Assembly: GCA_048882485.1 (NCBI GenBank)
Contig: JBHLRP010000001.1
Span: forward strand, 192,001-256,000
Length of the DNA: 64,000 bases
Source: Candidatus Thorarchaeota archaeon
Lineage (GTDB): Archaea; Asgardarchaeota; Thorarchaeia; Thorarchaeales; Thorarchaeaceae
Direction of reading: 5' to 3'
Part shown: positions 1-10,170 of the stretch, in pieces
Layout of the letters: each line of letters begins with the position of its first letter
How positions within the stretch are numbered: the first letter of the stretch is position 1
Program-made: the position numbers and the translations under genes
Notes under the pieces: generated by a model
What the model was told of the DNA's origin: nothing
The model's input: the letters and a program-made list of their open reading frames with translations, nothing else
The model's database searches: none

Positions 1-10
1 TTATATTCCG

Positions 11-3000
11 ATGGAGAATGATTGGGAAGGTCATGAGCTGTTTGTAGGTGTTTATGACTTAACTGAGAATCGTACTTGGACGCAAGATCCTGACATGGAG
101 AGTAGCCCTGGGTCCTGGACGCTAGGCACAAATCCAGTCGGCACAGGAGCTCAACCCTACTCTCAGTGGTCATCGAATGGGCACGGTGCTGGAGATGACT
201 GCTTGGAGGTTGGAATCACAAGTCCCCCCACAACTGGAGGTTCAAACAACGGCGATCCGAGCGTTGATGAAAGCGCCTTTGCTAACCAGACTTTTGCTGT
301 ACCGAGAGGCGATGTCCGCTGGGCCGGGCTCCGATTAGACTATTGGGGTGACGCTCAGTTTCCATGGGCAAACAACTCCCTTAATGGCTTTGTTGCTATC
401 TATGTTTCAGTTGAAACTGCGGGTCATGCTTCACGTGTTTGGCAGAAATCATTTGGAGAGATACCACTAAACAGAACCTGGTATGATAGCGGCCTAATCC
501 CCCTTGATGATCTCTCAATATTTGATCTATCAGATGATGTGTATATTGAAGTTGGAATTTTCAGCCAAATCACGGTCAACTACATTCCTGATTTAGAGCC
601 TGTGGCGAGAGTGGACAACGTAGAGCTTTATTTGGAAACTCTAGCCGATCCAAGCGATGTCAACCTTCAAGTAAACGGATTGGATGTTAATGATTACAGC
701 GTTGGACCAACAACTATTCCTGGACTTGGCAATGTGACCCATCTTCCTGACCCGACATGGGCCTCAGGACCGGTAATGGTTAATTTCTCATGGACTCCGA
801 CGCCATCAACACCTGACCCTGACAGGGAAATTCAAGTCGATTTCAATATTGAAACAAACCTGTACGCACGAGGAGATGAAACCTCAGTCTATACGCAAGA
901 TCCCAATGCGTTTGGCGAAGTCTTTGAAGTCGAGAACGCAACAGAAGTCGATTATCTTACATGGTTCAACGCTGATATTCCAATGGGATACGACAACAGA
1001 TACTTCTTCAACATGACGCTTCCCGAGGGCCGCGACGTCTACTATGTAGGATCACCTCTCTTGACATCGGAGAATATAACTGACTGGAATGAGGGTCATG
1101 GCCCGACCTGGTTTGCAAATATCTCTGCATTCAACTACCCCGATAGATGGGGCTACTGGCTAATTAAGAGCACTGGACCCAATATGATATCTGACGTCTT
1201 GATGTTTGATCCATCCACACGCTCGAACTCGAGGTTTGTTGACTTACGTGCTGGCGATTCTGCGAAGCTAGTCACACAGTTGGACTCAGGTTTTGCTGGT
1301 GTCGATGTTAATCTAACAGTCTATTCACCATCCGGCGCAATTTGGTACACGACTCTGGCAACAGTGAATAGCACTGGATATGCAGAAACCCCTGTATTGA
1401 CCTTCGGACAGAACGCTACCGCTGGTAGCTATGTCCTTGAGGCCTTCTGTGGCAATTCAATAGGTATGACCGCATGGAATGAAACTGGCTTCTTCAGACG
1501 TGCATTCAAAGTTGTTCATGCTTCAAATTCAGAGCTTCTCAACCCTATTGATGCACAGATTACATGGATAGCAAATGTGACATATCCCGATCTATTCCTC
1601 GTCAGAATACGTATCAATGACAGCGATATGCCCGTAGTGACTGTGCCAGGAGGGCAGATGTCATCCAACTGGACAACTGGTCCACAGGCTTTTGGAGATG
1701 CTGGAAACGGGGAGTACATTATAACACTTGATTCTGGTGATCTACCTTCAAACGGAATCTGGATTATGGAAATCACATGGACTCACCCATACTTCGATTC
1801 CATAGTTGATTACTTGACAATCAATCTGAATTACGATGCAACATTCGTACTTGAAGACCCTGAATCACCTGGTATCTCAGTGCCCAAGAATTACAACTCT
1901 AGCTTCCAAGTTAGATTCGAGGATTCGATAGGGAATCCAATTGACTATGGCAGTGTAGACTGCAATTGGACAAGCTATTACACTGTCAATCCCGTCGCAG
2001 GCTCTCCGGGGAGTTACCTCGTCTGGCTGAATACAACATTTGTGGACATGGGCGAATATGTCGTGGAGGTCACTGGCAATGCCAATTTTGTGCTCCCACA
2101 GCGATATCTCATCTATGTGACTGTAAGAGAGCTAAATACTAGAGCCACATATGTCCAGAATGTGCTTGAGATTCCAGTTGGCGAAGCTAGCTCTTTCACG
2201 GTGGAGTGGATGAACGCGGATCACGATGCTCCTTTGACGGGGCTGAATGATTCAATTACCACAACTTGGGCTGGGATCTATTCGGTGGATGAAGTTTCAC
2301 CTGGCCTCTACAACATCACAATCTATACCTTGGATAGCGATGCTCCAGGGAACTATTCAGTTTCAGTCAGCCTTTCTGGATACCTGATGAGAAATCAGAC
2401 ATTCACCATATCTGTAATCATCAGATCTCATAGCACACTATTCACTCTAGACGAACCAATCCAGCAGACTCAATTCAATGAACAGGTGATGGTTCTAGTA
2501 TTCTTCCAGGACACTGACTTGCAGGTTGGTATCACGAACATCACTGGAAACGTGCACATTACTATCACATCGCCGGAGATTGGAAATGTCCAGTTTGCAT
2601 TAGTAGCCTCTTCATTGGGTGATGGACATTACAACATCAGCATTCCTAGCACTCAATGGGGTAGCGTGGGATGGAAGAATCTGACAATATCAGTTTCATG
2701 GACCGGAACCAAATACACAGGTCAATCCTTTACCACTCGCGTGCGTCTCACTGGGACGACGACAGACATATTTCTGGACCAAGCTCCTAGTGCGGTCTAT
2801 TTCCTGAATGAATTCAGCTTCACTGTTGTCTACTATGATGTGACGAATACAACGAACATATCGAATAACACTCTCAATGTCCTGTTGACAATTGATCCAC
2901 TAACAGCAGGACATCCCGTTACTCAGAGTGACTTTGTTGTGGCGGAAACAGGTCTTGGAACAGGGATATATGAATTCAGGTTGGACAGCACCCAACTGGA

Positions 3001-6000
3001 CGCTACTGGCTCATTCATATTCCGCATCGGGTTCATGTGGCCGAAGGGAGTATCACCTCTCTATGAAAACCAGACCATGACTGTTACCTTAGTCGTGCTT
3101 CAGAGACCCACCTACATCGATTATATACCAGTGCCCTCAACACCCTATGGTGAGCTTGCTGACCTGGAGTTCAGCTACATAGACTTCCTCACCACTACCC
3201 GCATCGGTGACTCTCCTCAGATGTCGATATCTCTACTCAATGGAACTGTAGGCTATTCCTATTCATATGATTCAGGAGCGGTGTCTTTCCTTCTGCAAGT
3301 GAATACTTCAACATTGCCTGGAATTGGAAGTCACATGCTTGTTCTGAATGTCACCTGGGTAGGATCCCCATACTACACAACTAGTGTGACCTTGGCGTAC
3401 ACTGTGACTGTAATCCAAAGAACTACACAGTTGACCCATGATTCATTCGCTCCTGGTCAGTGGGGCAATAATGTAACAATCGAATTCACCTATACAGACC
3501 TGGTGGCTGGATCTTCTGTCGGAATGACTGGAACCCTCTCATTGAATGCTTCCCTAGCTGGATGGTATACAGTTGTCTATGCAGGAAATGGACACTATCT
3601 TGTGACCGTGAATACCTCGGGCGTCGGATCAGATGGCCTCTATACGATAGTAGCTAGTATTGATCACACTCAGCCAACGTTTGCCAGTGCTATTGACACA
3701 TTTGGCTTTTCAGTTCTTAAACGGTCCACGCAATTTGGATATGAGAGTCCAGACCCGGTCCCCTATTTGGAAAATGTCACTTTTGTAATCACCTATATTG
3801 ATGACAGCACAGGGAGAGGTGTCAGTGGAGCCTCAGTCATTGTTGATTGCAGCAACTCCACCTTTGCACTAGCGCTGAATACAAACTACTGGGTGACATA
3901 CCTCGGATTAGGGCAATATCTCATAGAAGTAGAAAGCACTGCTCTAGGGAATCTTGGAACCTATATCCTGGGTGTATCTGTTTCATATTCTGGAGCGCCG
4001 TACTACCTTCCTGCGAATAATGACATCACCTCTAGAGTGATTGAGAGAACAACCCAGATCCTCATTATTCAGACTCCGGGCGATACACCGTTCCTCGAGA
4101 ATGTGACATTCCAGTTCAAGTTTGAGGATTATATCACTGGAATGATCATTCCTATTGACAAGTCACACATTTCCCTGTCGCATGGAGTGGCAGAGACTCC
4201 TATTTCAATAGGTGAATACGCCCTTTACGACTTTGGCACATACTATGAGATAAGCTTCAATTCGACCGTCCTCAATCCTTCATCCCTTGTTGTTGGTGAA
4301 GAGATTCAGCTGGAGATCGATGTAACTGGTGCTCCTCCCTACTATGCACTGCGAAGCACCAAAGCAATAGCCACTACGACTGAAAGATCCACGCAGATTC
4401 TCTTCCCGCTAATTGAAGAAGTGCCCTACACAGACAACTTTACGATTGAGCTCGACTATATTGACTTCTTGTCGGGACAAGGCATAGAGAATGCAGTGAT
4501 AACACTTTCAAGCACTAATTGGTCTGGTCCTGCGTATCAAGTCGCAGAACTGGGCGGCGGCTCATATAGAGTCTATGTTAATTCAACCGTCTTTGGCGGT
4601 ATTGGCACTGTCTACTTTGATATCTCAGCTAGCAAGGGAGGAGTCCCATTCTACTCCTCGAGACTCGCTACTGGTGTGCCTGCAAGCATACGAGCAATCA
4701 TCACATCTCTAGTTGCAGAAGCACCTCCGCCTGGTTCGACAGCAGTAGGTGTTCCAATCAATGTCACACTGACTCTCATGGACTTCGATCATGATGTACC
4801 TCTATCTGGTGCTGTTATCACAACGGATTGGACATCTCTATATGGGACAAGCTATCAGCTTGTTGAGAAAGGCGGTGGTGTCTACACCCTAACACTCAAC
4901 ATGACAGGGCTAATAGCACAGGACTACCCGTTTGCGGTCACCGCCCAGAAGTCACTCTATCAAGACTCAAACATCGTTGTATCGGTTACTCCTGGAGCCT
5001 CAACTTTCACATTAGTTCTTCATAAAACAGCAGTCTATGCACTCTGGGGTGAAGTTCATGACATCCGCATTGATGTTAGGGAGAGCTATTACTATAGTCT
5101 GATCCCTGGGGCGAATGTGACTCTGCTTTGGAATAGCACCATCTACTACTTCACCGATTTAGCAAATGGTACATATTCGCTAATGCTTGACACATCCAAC
5201 GAGAACTTCGGCGTTTATAATCTGCAGATATCTGTGTCACGGCAATACTACCAGACACGTCAGACTAGTCTTACTCTCGTAGTATCAAAGGCACCAGGTC
5301 AAATTCTTAGCGAGCAAACAGTGTTTGATGTGGTTGTCAACACAACTCAAGTATTCACCATCTATCTTAACGACACCATCACAGGTTCTCATGTTGTTGC
5401 CTCCTCAATAACTATGGAGTGGAACAATACTGTCTATCCTCTTGTAACAAATGGCACTCCTGGATTCTACTTGGCAAGCATTGATGCCACAGGATTCGCC
5501 TTGGGTCAGTATGAGGCGGTTATTACTGCGGCTTCCTTGAATCATGTTTTCCTAGATGCGATTGTAGACATCAACATCGTCCCAATTCCAACGAATATCG
5601 GACTAGCAAGCGGTGCAGCAGCTCTGTTTGTGGTTCGAGGGGCAATGCTCTCGATTCTCGTTGAGTACAATGATACATACTATGGTGGATATGTTACTGG
5701 CGCAAATGTCACATATGTTCTTGGTAGCCTAAGAGGAAGTCTTACCGAGCATGCAAATGGTACATACAATGCGACAATTGATACCAGTAATCTGCCTGCA
5801 CAAACCATATTCCTTAGAATCATAGGTTCCAAAACTGGAATGGCAACAGCCACGAGGACTCTGGTTGTAACAATACAACCTGTGCCCACTGAAGTGACTG
5901 TAGACACACTTCTGCGCGAAGGATATCATGGCGATCTCGTGGAGTTCACCTTCTACTACAATGACACATACAATCTCCAACCAATTGCAGGAGCCTTTGC

Positions 6001-7411
6001 GGATGTTAGTTGGGAAGGCGGCACAGGAGATGTAACTGACCAAGGTAATGGATATTATCTTGTTGAGATTACTCTGACTCCAACTTCACCTAGACTCTAT
6101 GATATTGTGGCAAGCTTCAGTCTCCAGAACTATTCCTTGTCATCACTCACAGTGAGAATTCTCATTAGAGCTACTCCAGCACATATTGAAGGCCCAACGG
6201 CCTACGATGTCCCTGTCAATCATACTGGCTCTGTCGTATTCAATGTAATCAATGATTTAACAAACGAAACCATTGAAGGTCTTCAGGGATTGGCATATTG
6301 GGAAGGCGGACTGATAATGGAACTATTCCAGATGGACAATGGGAGCTATGAATTGAGAGTGCCGGACTATCTCATCATGACAAGCTATCGAATTGAGATT
6401 GGATTCTCTACGTCGATTTACAGCCTATCGTCGCAGTTCCTTGACCTGACTGTTCGTCCAGTGCTCACCATGATTGATACACTTGGAATAAACACAACAA
6501 TATTGACATTCCCAGGAGCTCAGGATTCCATAGTAGTACTTCTTCGAGACCTAGACCATAATATGGGCATCAGCGATGCCAATGCAACCGTCTATTATGA
6601 TCCCGCACAAATCTCATTTCCAGAGGACAGAAGGCCGCCTGTCATTGATGGTGTATACACATTCCCATTTGTAGTACGCACTGGCGGCACAATCAATGTG
6701 ACTATCACCTTCACAAAGGATCTGTACTTCTCCCAGCAAATTACCTTCACTCTGAAATCAGACTTTTCAGATGAGCAGATTCTTGCCCAGAACCTAGCAT
6801 TGACCGGAGGCTTCCTCTTTATCTTCGTGGCAATTGGGATTGTCGCCTATGTCAAGCACTTTGCCATCCCATGGATTATTCGACAGCTGAATAAGATGAT
6901 AGCTGCACTGGCCAAAGGAAGAGTTCCGAGTGCTCCAAAGGTGCGTGCCAGAGAGGATTTGGTCCTTGAGATCATCAATGAGGAACTGAAGCCATCTGGA
7001 CTTGGCAAAGAGCTAGAGGATGTCCCAGGTCCAAGCATTGAAGCAGTCATTCCTGAGATAGAAGACCTATTGGAGCGTCTAGCTGAAATCACGGGACTTG
7101 GAAAATTGGAGCTTGAGGCATTCAGACAGGACCTTGCCAGAATGCGTGCCAGTGAGCGACCTGGATTCATTCGTGAGGTAATTGAGCAGGAGGAGGCTCG
7201 CCGTGCAGAGGCATTGGCCGAAGCTGAACCAATTCCCGCAGAGGCCAAGGAGATTCTAGAGGAGAAGCCCGAGGAGCTTGAAGAGCTTCGCTTGAAATTG
7301 AAGCGCAAGGGCATGTCTGACGATGAGATTGAGATCATCATTGATCAGGCAAAGGGTCTCTCAAAGGCTGACCTAGAAGCACTGCTTGATAGTCTTGGAA
7401 TAAAGCTCTGA
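11..7411 (+). CDS. Giant membrane-anchored surface protein with repeated beta-sandwich (Ig-like) modules; partial, reading frame open to the window's left edge
   Basis: 2466 aa. Repeated ~100-aa Thr/Tyr/Val-rich beta modules (e.g. GxGxYxIxxNTT, YxDxD) and very many NxT/S sequons. One TM segment (LALTGGFLFIFVAIGIVAYV) precedes a ~190-aa charged helical tail. No stop upstream of the ATG within the window and no signal peptide here, so the true start is probably outside the window. Confidence 0.85.
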   Translation: MENDWEGHELFVGVYDLTENRTWTQDPDMESSPGSWTLGTNPVGTGAQPYSQWSSNGHGAGDDCLEVGITSPPTTGGSNNGDPSVDESAFANQTFAVPRGDVRWAGLRLDYWGDAQFPWANNSLNGFVAIYVSVETAGHASRVWQKSFGEIPLNRTWYDSGLIPLDDLSIFDLSDDVYIEVGIFSQITVNYIPDLEPVARVDNVELYLETLADPSDVNLQVNGLDVNDYSVGPTTIPGLGNVTHLPDPTWASGPVMVNFSWTPTPSTPDPDREIQVDFNIETNLYARGDETSVYTQDPNAFGEVFEVENATEVDYLTWFNADIPMGYDNRYFFNMTLPEGRDVYYVGSPLLTSENITDWNEGHGPTWFANISAFNYPDRWGYWLIKSTGPNMISDVLMFDPSTRSNSRFVDLRAGDSAKLVTQLDSGFAGVDVNLTVYSPSGAIWYTTLATVNSTGYAETPVLTFGQNATAGSYVLEAFCGNSIGMTAWNETGFFRRAFKVVHASNSELLNPIDAQITWIANVTYPDLFLVRIRINDSDMPVVTVPGGQMSSNWTTGPQAFGDAGNGEYIITLDSGDLPSNGIWIMEITWTHPYFDSIVDYLTINLNYDATFVLEDPESPGISVPKNYNSSFQVRFEDSIGNPIDYGSVDCNWTSYYTVNPVAGSPGSYLVWLNTTFVDMGEYVVEVTGNANFVLPQRYLIYVTVRELNTRATYVQNVLEIPVGEASSFTVEWMNADHDAPLTGLNDSITTTWAGIYSVDEVSPGLYNITIYTLDSDAPGNYSVSVSLSGYLMRNQTFTISVIIRSHSTLFTLDEPIQQTQFNEQVMVLVFFQDTDLQVGITNITGNVHITITSPEIGNVQFALVASSLGDGHYNISIPSTQWGSVGWKNLTISVSWTGTKYTGQSFTTRVRLTGTTTDIFLDQAPSAVYFLNEFSFTVVYYDVTNTTNISNNTLNVLLTIDPLTAGHPVTQSDFVVAETGLGTGIYEFRLDSTQLDATGSFIFRIGFMWPKGVSPLYENQTMTVTLVVLQRPTYIDYIPVPSTPYGELADLEFSYIDFLTTTRIGDSPQMSISLLNGTVGYSYSYDSGAVSFLLQVNTSTLPGIGSHMLVLNVTWVGSPYYTTSVTLAYTVTVIQRTTQLTHDSFAPGQWGNNVTIEFTYTDLVAGSSVGMTGTLSLNASLAGWYTVVYAGNGHYLVTVNTSGVGSDGLYTIVASIDHTQPTFASAIDTFGFSVLKRSTQFGYESPDPVPYLENVTFVITYIDDSTGRGVSGASVIVDCSNSTFALALNTNYWVTYLGLGQYLIEVESTALGNLGTYILGVSVSYSGAPYYLPANNDITSRVIERTTQILIIQTPGDTPFLENVTFQFKFEDYITGMIIPIDKSHISLSHGVAETPISIGEYALYDFGTYYEISFNSTVLNPSSLVVGEEIQLEIDVTGAPPYYALRSTKAIATTTERSTQILFPLIEEVPYTDNFTIELDYIDFLSGQGIENAVITLSSTNWSGPAYQVAELGGGSYRVYVNSTVFGGIGTVYFDISASKGGVPFYSSRLATGVPASIRAIITSLVAEAPPPGSTAVGVPINVTLTLMDFDHDVPLSGAVITTDWTSLYGTSYQLVEKGGGVYTLTLNMTGLIAQDYPFAVTAQKSLYQDSNIVVSVTPGASTFTLVLHKTAVYALWGEVHDIRIDVRESYYYSLIPGANVTLLWNSTIYYFTDLANGTYSLMLDTSNENFGVYNLQISVSRQYYQTRQTSLTLVVSKAPGQILSEQTVFDVVVNTTQVFTIYLNDTITGSHVVASSITMEWNNTVYPLVTNGTPGFYLASIDATGFALGQYEAVITAASLNHVFLDAIVDINIVPIPTNIGLASGAAALFVVRGAMLSILVEYNDTYYGGYVTGANVTYVLGSLRGSLTEHANGTYNATIDTSNLPAQTIFLRIIGSKTGMATATRTLVVTIQPVPTEVTVDTLLREGYHGDLVEFTFYYNDTYNLQPIAGAFADVSWEGGTGDVTDQGNGYYLVEITLTPTSPRLYDIVASFSLQNYSLSSLTVRILIRATPAHIEGPTAYDVPVNHTGSVVFNVINDLTNETIEGLQGLAYWEGGLIMELFQMDNGSYELRVPDYLIMTSYRIEIGFSTSIYSLSSQFLDLTVRPVLTMIDTLGINTTILTFPGAQDSIVVLLRDLDHNMGISDANATVYYDPAQISFPEDRRPPVIDGVYTFPFVVRTGGTINVTITFTKDLYFSQQITFTLKSDFSDEQILAQNLALTGGFLFIFVAIGIVAYVKHFAIPWIIRQLNKMIAALAKGRVPSAPKVRAREDLVLEIINEELKPSGLGKELEDVPGPSIEAVIPEIEDLLERLAEITGLGKLELEAFRQDLARMRASERPGFIREVIEQEEARRAEALAEAEPIPAEAKEILEEKPEELEELRLKLKRKGMSDDEIEIIIDQAKGLSKADLEALLDSLGIKL

Positions 7412-7447
7412 TGTGTAATGACTGAGTGAGAAGAGCAACTTCTTCTC

Positions 7448-8509
7448 TCACTTCGCCCTATTTCGTCGTCTGGTGACAATGCCAAGTGCTATGAATCCAA
7501 CAATCACACTGAACCACAGCGTGACGAATCGGATGATGATGGTCGCCGCTCCGGTGATAGCTTGGCCAATTTCCCCAGTTAGACCGAGTAAAGCTGGAAT
7601 TAGAATGAGGGCGGTCGCCTCATACCCTCCTAGTCCACCTGGCGTAAAGACAAGAGCACCAATAACTGAGGCTGCACTATGAATGAAGGTGGAGATTAGA
7701 AGTAGGTTTAGAGAACTCGGCTCCAGTGAGGGAAATCCCGCTCCGGTGAGCAGGGACAATAAGAGCCAGAGCTCGACACATTCCATGAACCAGCCTGGAA
7801 TGCTGACTCCTGTACTGACCATCATTGGCTTTGGTGAAAGAGTTGAAGATAATGTGTCCTCAATAAGATCTGTACTGCTCTGGAATCGTTTTAGAGGACC
7901 AAACGATGTCATCTTTTTCAGGAATTTATTATAGAACCTAGGTTGACTCAGGAAAATGGCACCTACCAAGACAACTCCACCAAGAAGGATAAGGGTGAGG
8001 ATTTGATCTGCCGCTGATACACCCAGTGCGAATCCAACAAGGGCCAGTAGTATCATAGCAAGCAAATCAGTGACTCTCTCTGACACCACCACTGGGACTG
8101 TCTTTGCAATAGGTGTGCCATCGAGTTCGTTAATGAAATAGCCTTTGATGGCTTCACCGATTTTACCTGGACTCGCAGTAAGTGTGAAGCCCGCCAAGAA
8201 GATACTGAAACTGTCGGCATGAGAAAGGCTTACTCCGATTCTTCCCAAATAGTATTGCCACTTGAAATAGCGAAAGATGTAATTCAGAAAAGATAACACC
8301 ATCATCGCTGGGAATACCCACCACCATTCGATTGTAGCAATAGCTGCGGCCACCTCATCATATTTGCTGTAGAAGAAAATAGCAAGATAGATGATGATAG
8401 CAACCATCACGAAAACCACGAGGTGCCGAAGATTGATGAAGGACGACTCTTTTTGCTGGCTTGCCTCATTGTTCTCGATCATGGTGGCCACTTCCTCAGC
8501 CTCTGCCAT
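7448..8509 (-). CDS. UPF0104 / lysylphosphatidylglycerol-synthase TM-domain (flippase-like) membrane protein
   Basis: Multi-TM protein with family motifs RYFKWQYYL, PGKIGEAIK, SERVTDL, TPGGLGGYEA, IIRFVTLW. Confidence 0.85.
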   Translation of the reverse strand: MAEAEEVATMIENNEASQQKESSFINLRHLVVFVMVAIIIYLAIFFYSKYDEVAAAIATIEWWWVFPAMMVLSFLNYIFRYFKWQYYLGRIGVSLSHADSFSIFLAGFTLTASPGKIGEAIKGYFINELDGTPIAKTVPVVVSERVTDLLAMILLALVGFALGVSAADQILTLILLGGVVLVGAIFLSQPRFYNKFLKKMTSFGPLKRFQSSTDLIEDTLSSTLSPKPMMVSTGVSIPGWFMECVELWLLLSLLTGAGFPSLEPSSLNLLLISTFIHSAASVIGALVFTPGGLGGYEATALILIPALLGLTGEIGQAITGAATIIIRFVTLWFSVIVGFIALGIVTRRRNRAK

Positions 8510-9159
8510 ATGAAACCAGGAATATGAACATAGAAGAAAGATACATGCCCTGTGATCTGAGTCCTCCCCCTACGAAGCTCCTCATAGATGTCGTCAGCAG
8601 TCTCTATGTCCTGCAGCCAAGTTTTGCCATGGCCTACTTCTCTACCAAAATGCCCGTCACTTCCAGCTGTCATTGGTTTGCCAAGCCGCCTAGCCAGACG
8701 CTGAGCTTTTGTGTTGTGGATGGGGAGAAGACAACGGGAATTTATGCCCTCAATGAGATCCACATGCTCGCTGATTAGGTCCTCAGGGAGCATCTTTCGA
8801 ACAGCAGTTTGCTTCCGAAAGGGATCCTTTGGATGAGGCAGAATTGTCAGAGCGTTCTGATCGTGGATGTCATCTGCTATTTCTTCAAACGTTCGATTCT
8901 CAATCGGTTCAGTGACGAACAGACCAATCAGCTCGCCGTGGTCAGAGGATTTGTACTCACAACCGTTGATGAGAAACTTATCATTCCTGACAATAGGCTT
9001 GAAGATGGACGGCTGCCAATGCTCAGTAAGTGCCATGCCCCTTAGCCCTTTCTTCCTCATCAGCTTGAACAGATTCGCCGGCCTATTCAACCCATCCTTC
9101 GAGAATAGGGTGTGCGTATGAAGGTCAAAGGCTGAGAGGCGCGTGCTCATCTGCAACAC
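8479..9159 (-). CDS. PHP-domain metal-dependent phosphoesterase
   Basis: DLHTHT, LTEH, NGCE, LPHP, EGINSR, AGSDGH motifs. Confidence 0.9.
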   Translation of the reverse strand: MLQMSTRLSAFDLHTHTLFSKDGLNRPANLFKLMRKKGLRGMALTEHWQPSIFKPIVRNDKFLINGCEYKSSDHGELIGLFVTEPIENRTFEEIADDIHDQNALTILPHPKDPFRKQTAVRKMLPEDLISEHVDLIEGINSRCLLPIHNTKAQRLARRLGKPMTAGSDGHFGREVGHGKTWLQDIETADDIYEELRRGRTQITGHVSFFYVHIPGFIWQRLRKWPP

Positions 9160-10155
9160 CTATGGAAGCGCTTCAGGGGGCGGGAAAATAACCTGAATGA
9201 ATTCGAATACAGGCTGCCAGAAGAACATCGTGAATAGTAATGTTCCAAGGAAAATTATGCTTCCGACAAGAATCCCCAGGTCTTTGAAGGCTAGATGTGG
9301 CTTTCGGCCCACTGGACTTCCTGATTGGATGAGGTACACATATCTCATTATAAGTCCTGCAGCTATTGGAACTGTCATCATGACAGGCTGAGCGACTGGG
9401 TTTGGAAAGTTATTGTATACATAGAGCGCGTAGAAGAGCACAAACCAAGTGGCTGACATAGTAATTCCTTGGTCCAGCATTCTGTCCGTATACTGATCAA
9501 ACACCTCTTTGTGAGCCTCAGCATCTTCACCTAGGAGTTGTAACTCGTTCTTTCGCTTCCCGAATCCCAGAATCAGTGCGAAGAAGAATATACCCACTAC
9601 CAGCCAGGATGTGAATGGAACGCCGATGAGAAAAGTGCCTCCAATTGCTCTGAGGATGAATCCCACTGCGAGGATGACTACATCAACAACAGCCCATTGG
9701 CGAAGGAAGTGGTTGTATAGTTGAGCATTGACAATATACAGGATGACAATGAGTAGGAAGAGACCTCCCACAGCTCCCACTCGATAATACGCTCCGAGCA
9801 TTCCTACACCATAGTATGACAACAAGAGCCCTGCAGCCATGAGGACAGCAGCCAGAATATAGGCTGTCCTCTTCGATGCCCCGCCAGAAGGAAGGGGGCG
9901 ATTCTTTTTCTCAGGATGGGCTGAGTCCTTTTCCATGTCTGAAATGTCATTAATGATGTATCCCGCACTTGATACAAAGCAAAGTGCAACGAATCCAAGA
10001 ATAAGTAGGGGATAGTTCGCCCAGTCGAATATTGCTGGTAGCTTCTCCCATGGCCATTGCTGTGGAATCTCCACGAAAATCACTGCAATGAAGACAAGCA
10101 AGTTCTTGTACCACTGCCATGGGCGCATTAATTTGATGTAGTCCTTAGCTGCCAT
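9160..10155 (-). CDS. UbiA-family prenyltransferase, decaprenyl-phosphate phosphoribosyltransferase (DPPR synthase) subfamily
   Basis: RPWQWYKNLLVF, YIINDISDMEKDSAHPEKKNRPLPSG, GFILRAIGG and FGKRKNEL match the DPPR-synthase (Rv3806c-like) branch; multiple TM helices. Confidence 0.85.
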   Translation of the reverse strand: MAAKDYIKLMRPWQWYKNLLVFIAVIFVEIPQQWPWEKLPAIFDWANYPLLILGFVALCFVSSAGYIINDISDMEKDSAHPEKKNRPLPSGGASKRTAYILAAVLMAAGLLLSYYGVGMLGAYYRVGAVGGLFLLIVILYIVNAQLYNHFLRQWAVVDVVILAVGFILRAIGGTFLIGVPFTSWLVVGIFFFALILGFGKRKNELQLLGEDAEAHKEVFDQYTDRMLDQGITMSATWFVLFYALYVYNNFPNPVAQPVMMTVPIAAGLIMRYVYLIQSGSPVGRKPHLAFKDLGILVGSIIFLGTLLFTMFFWQPVFEFIQVIFPPPEALP

Positions 10156-10170
10156 TTCTGATCCTCCATC

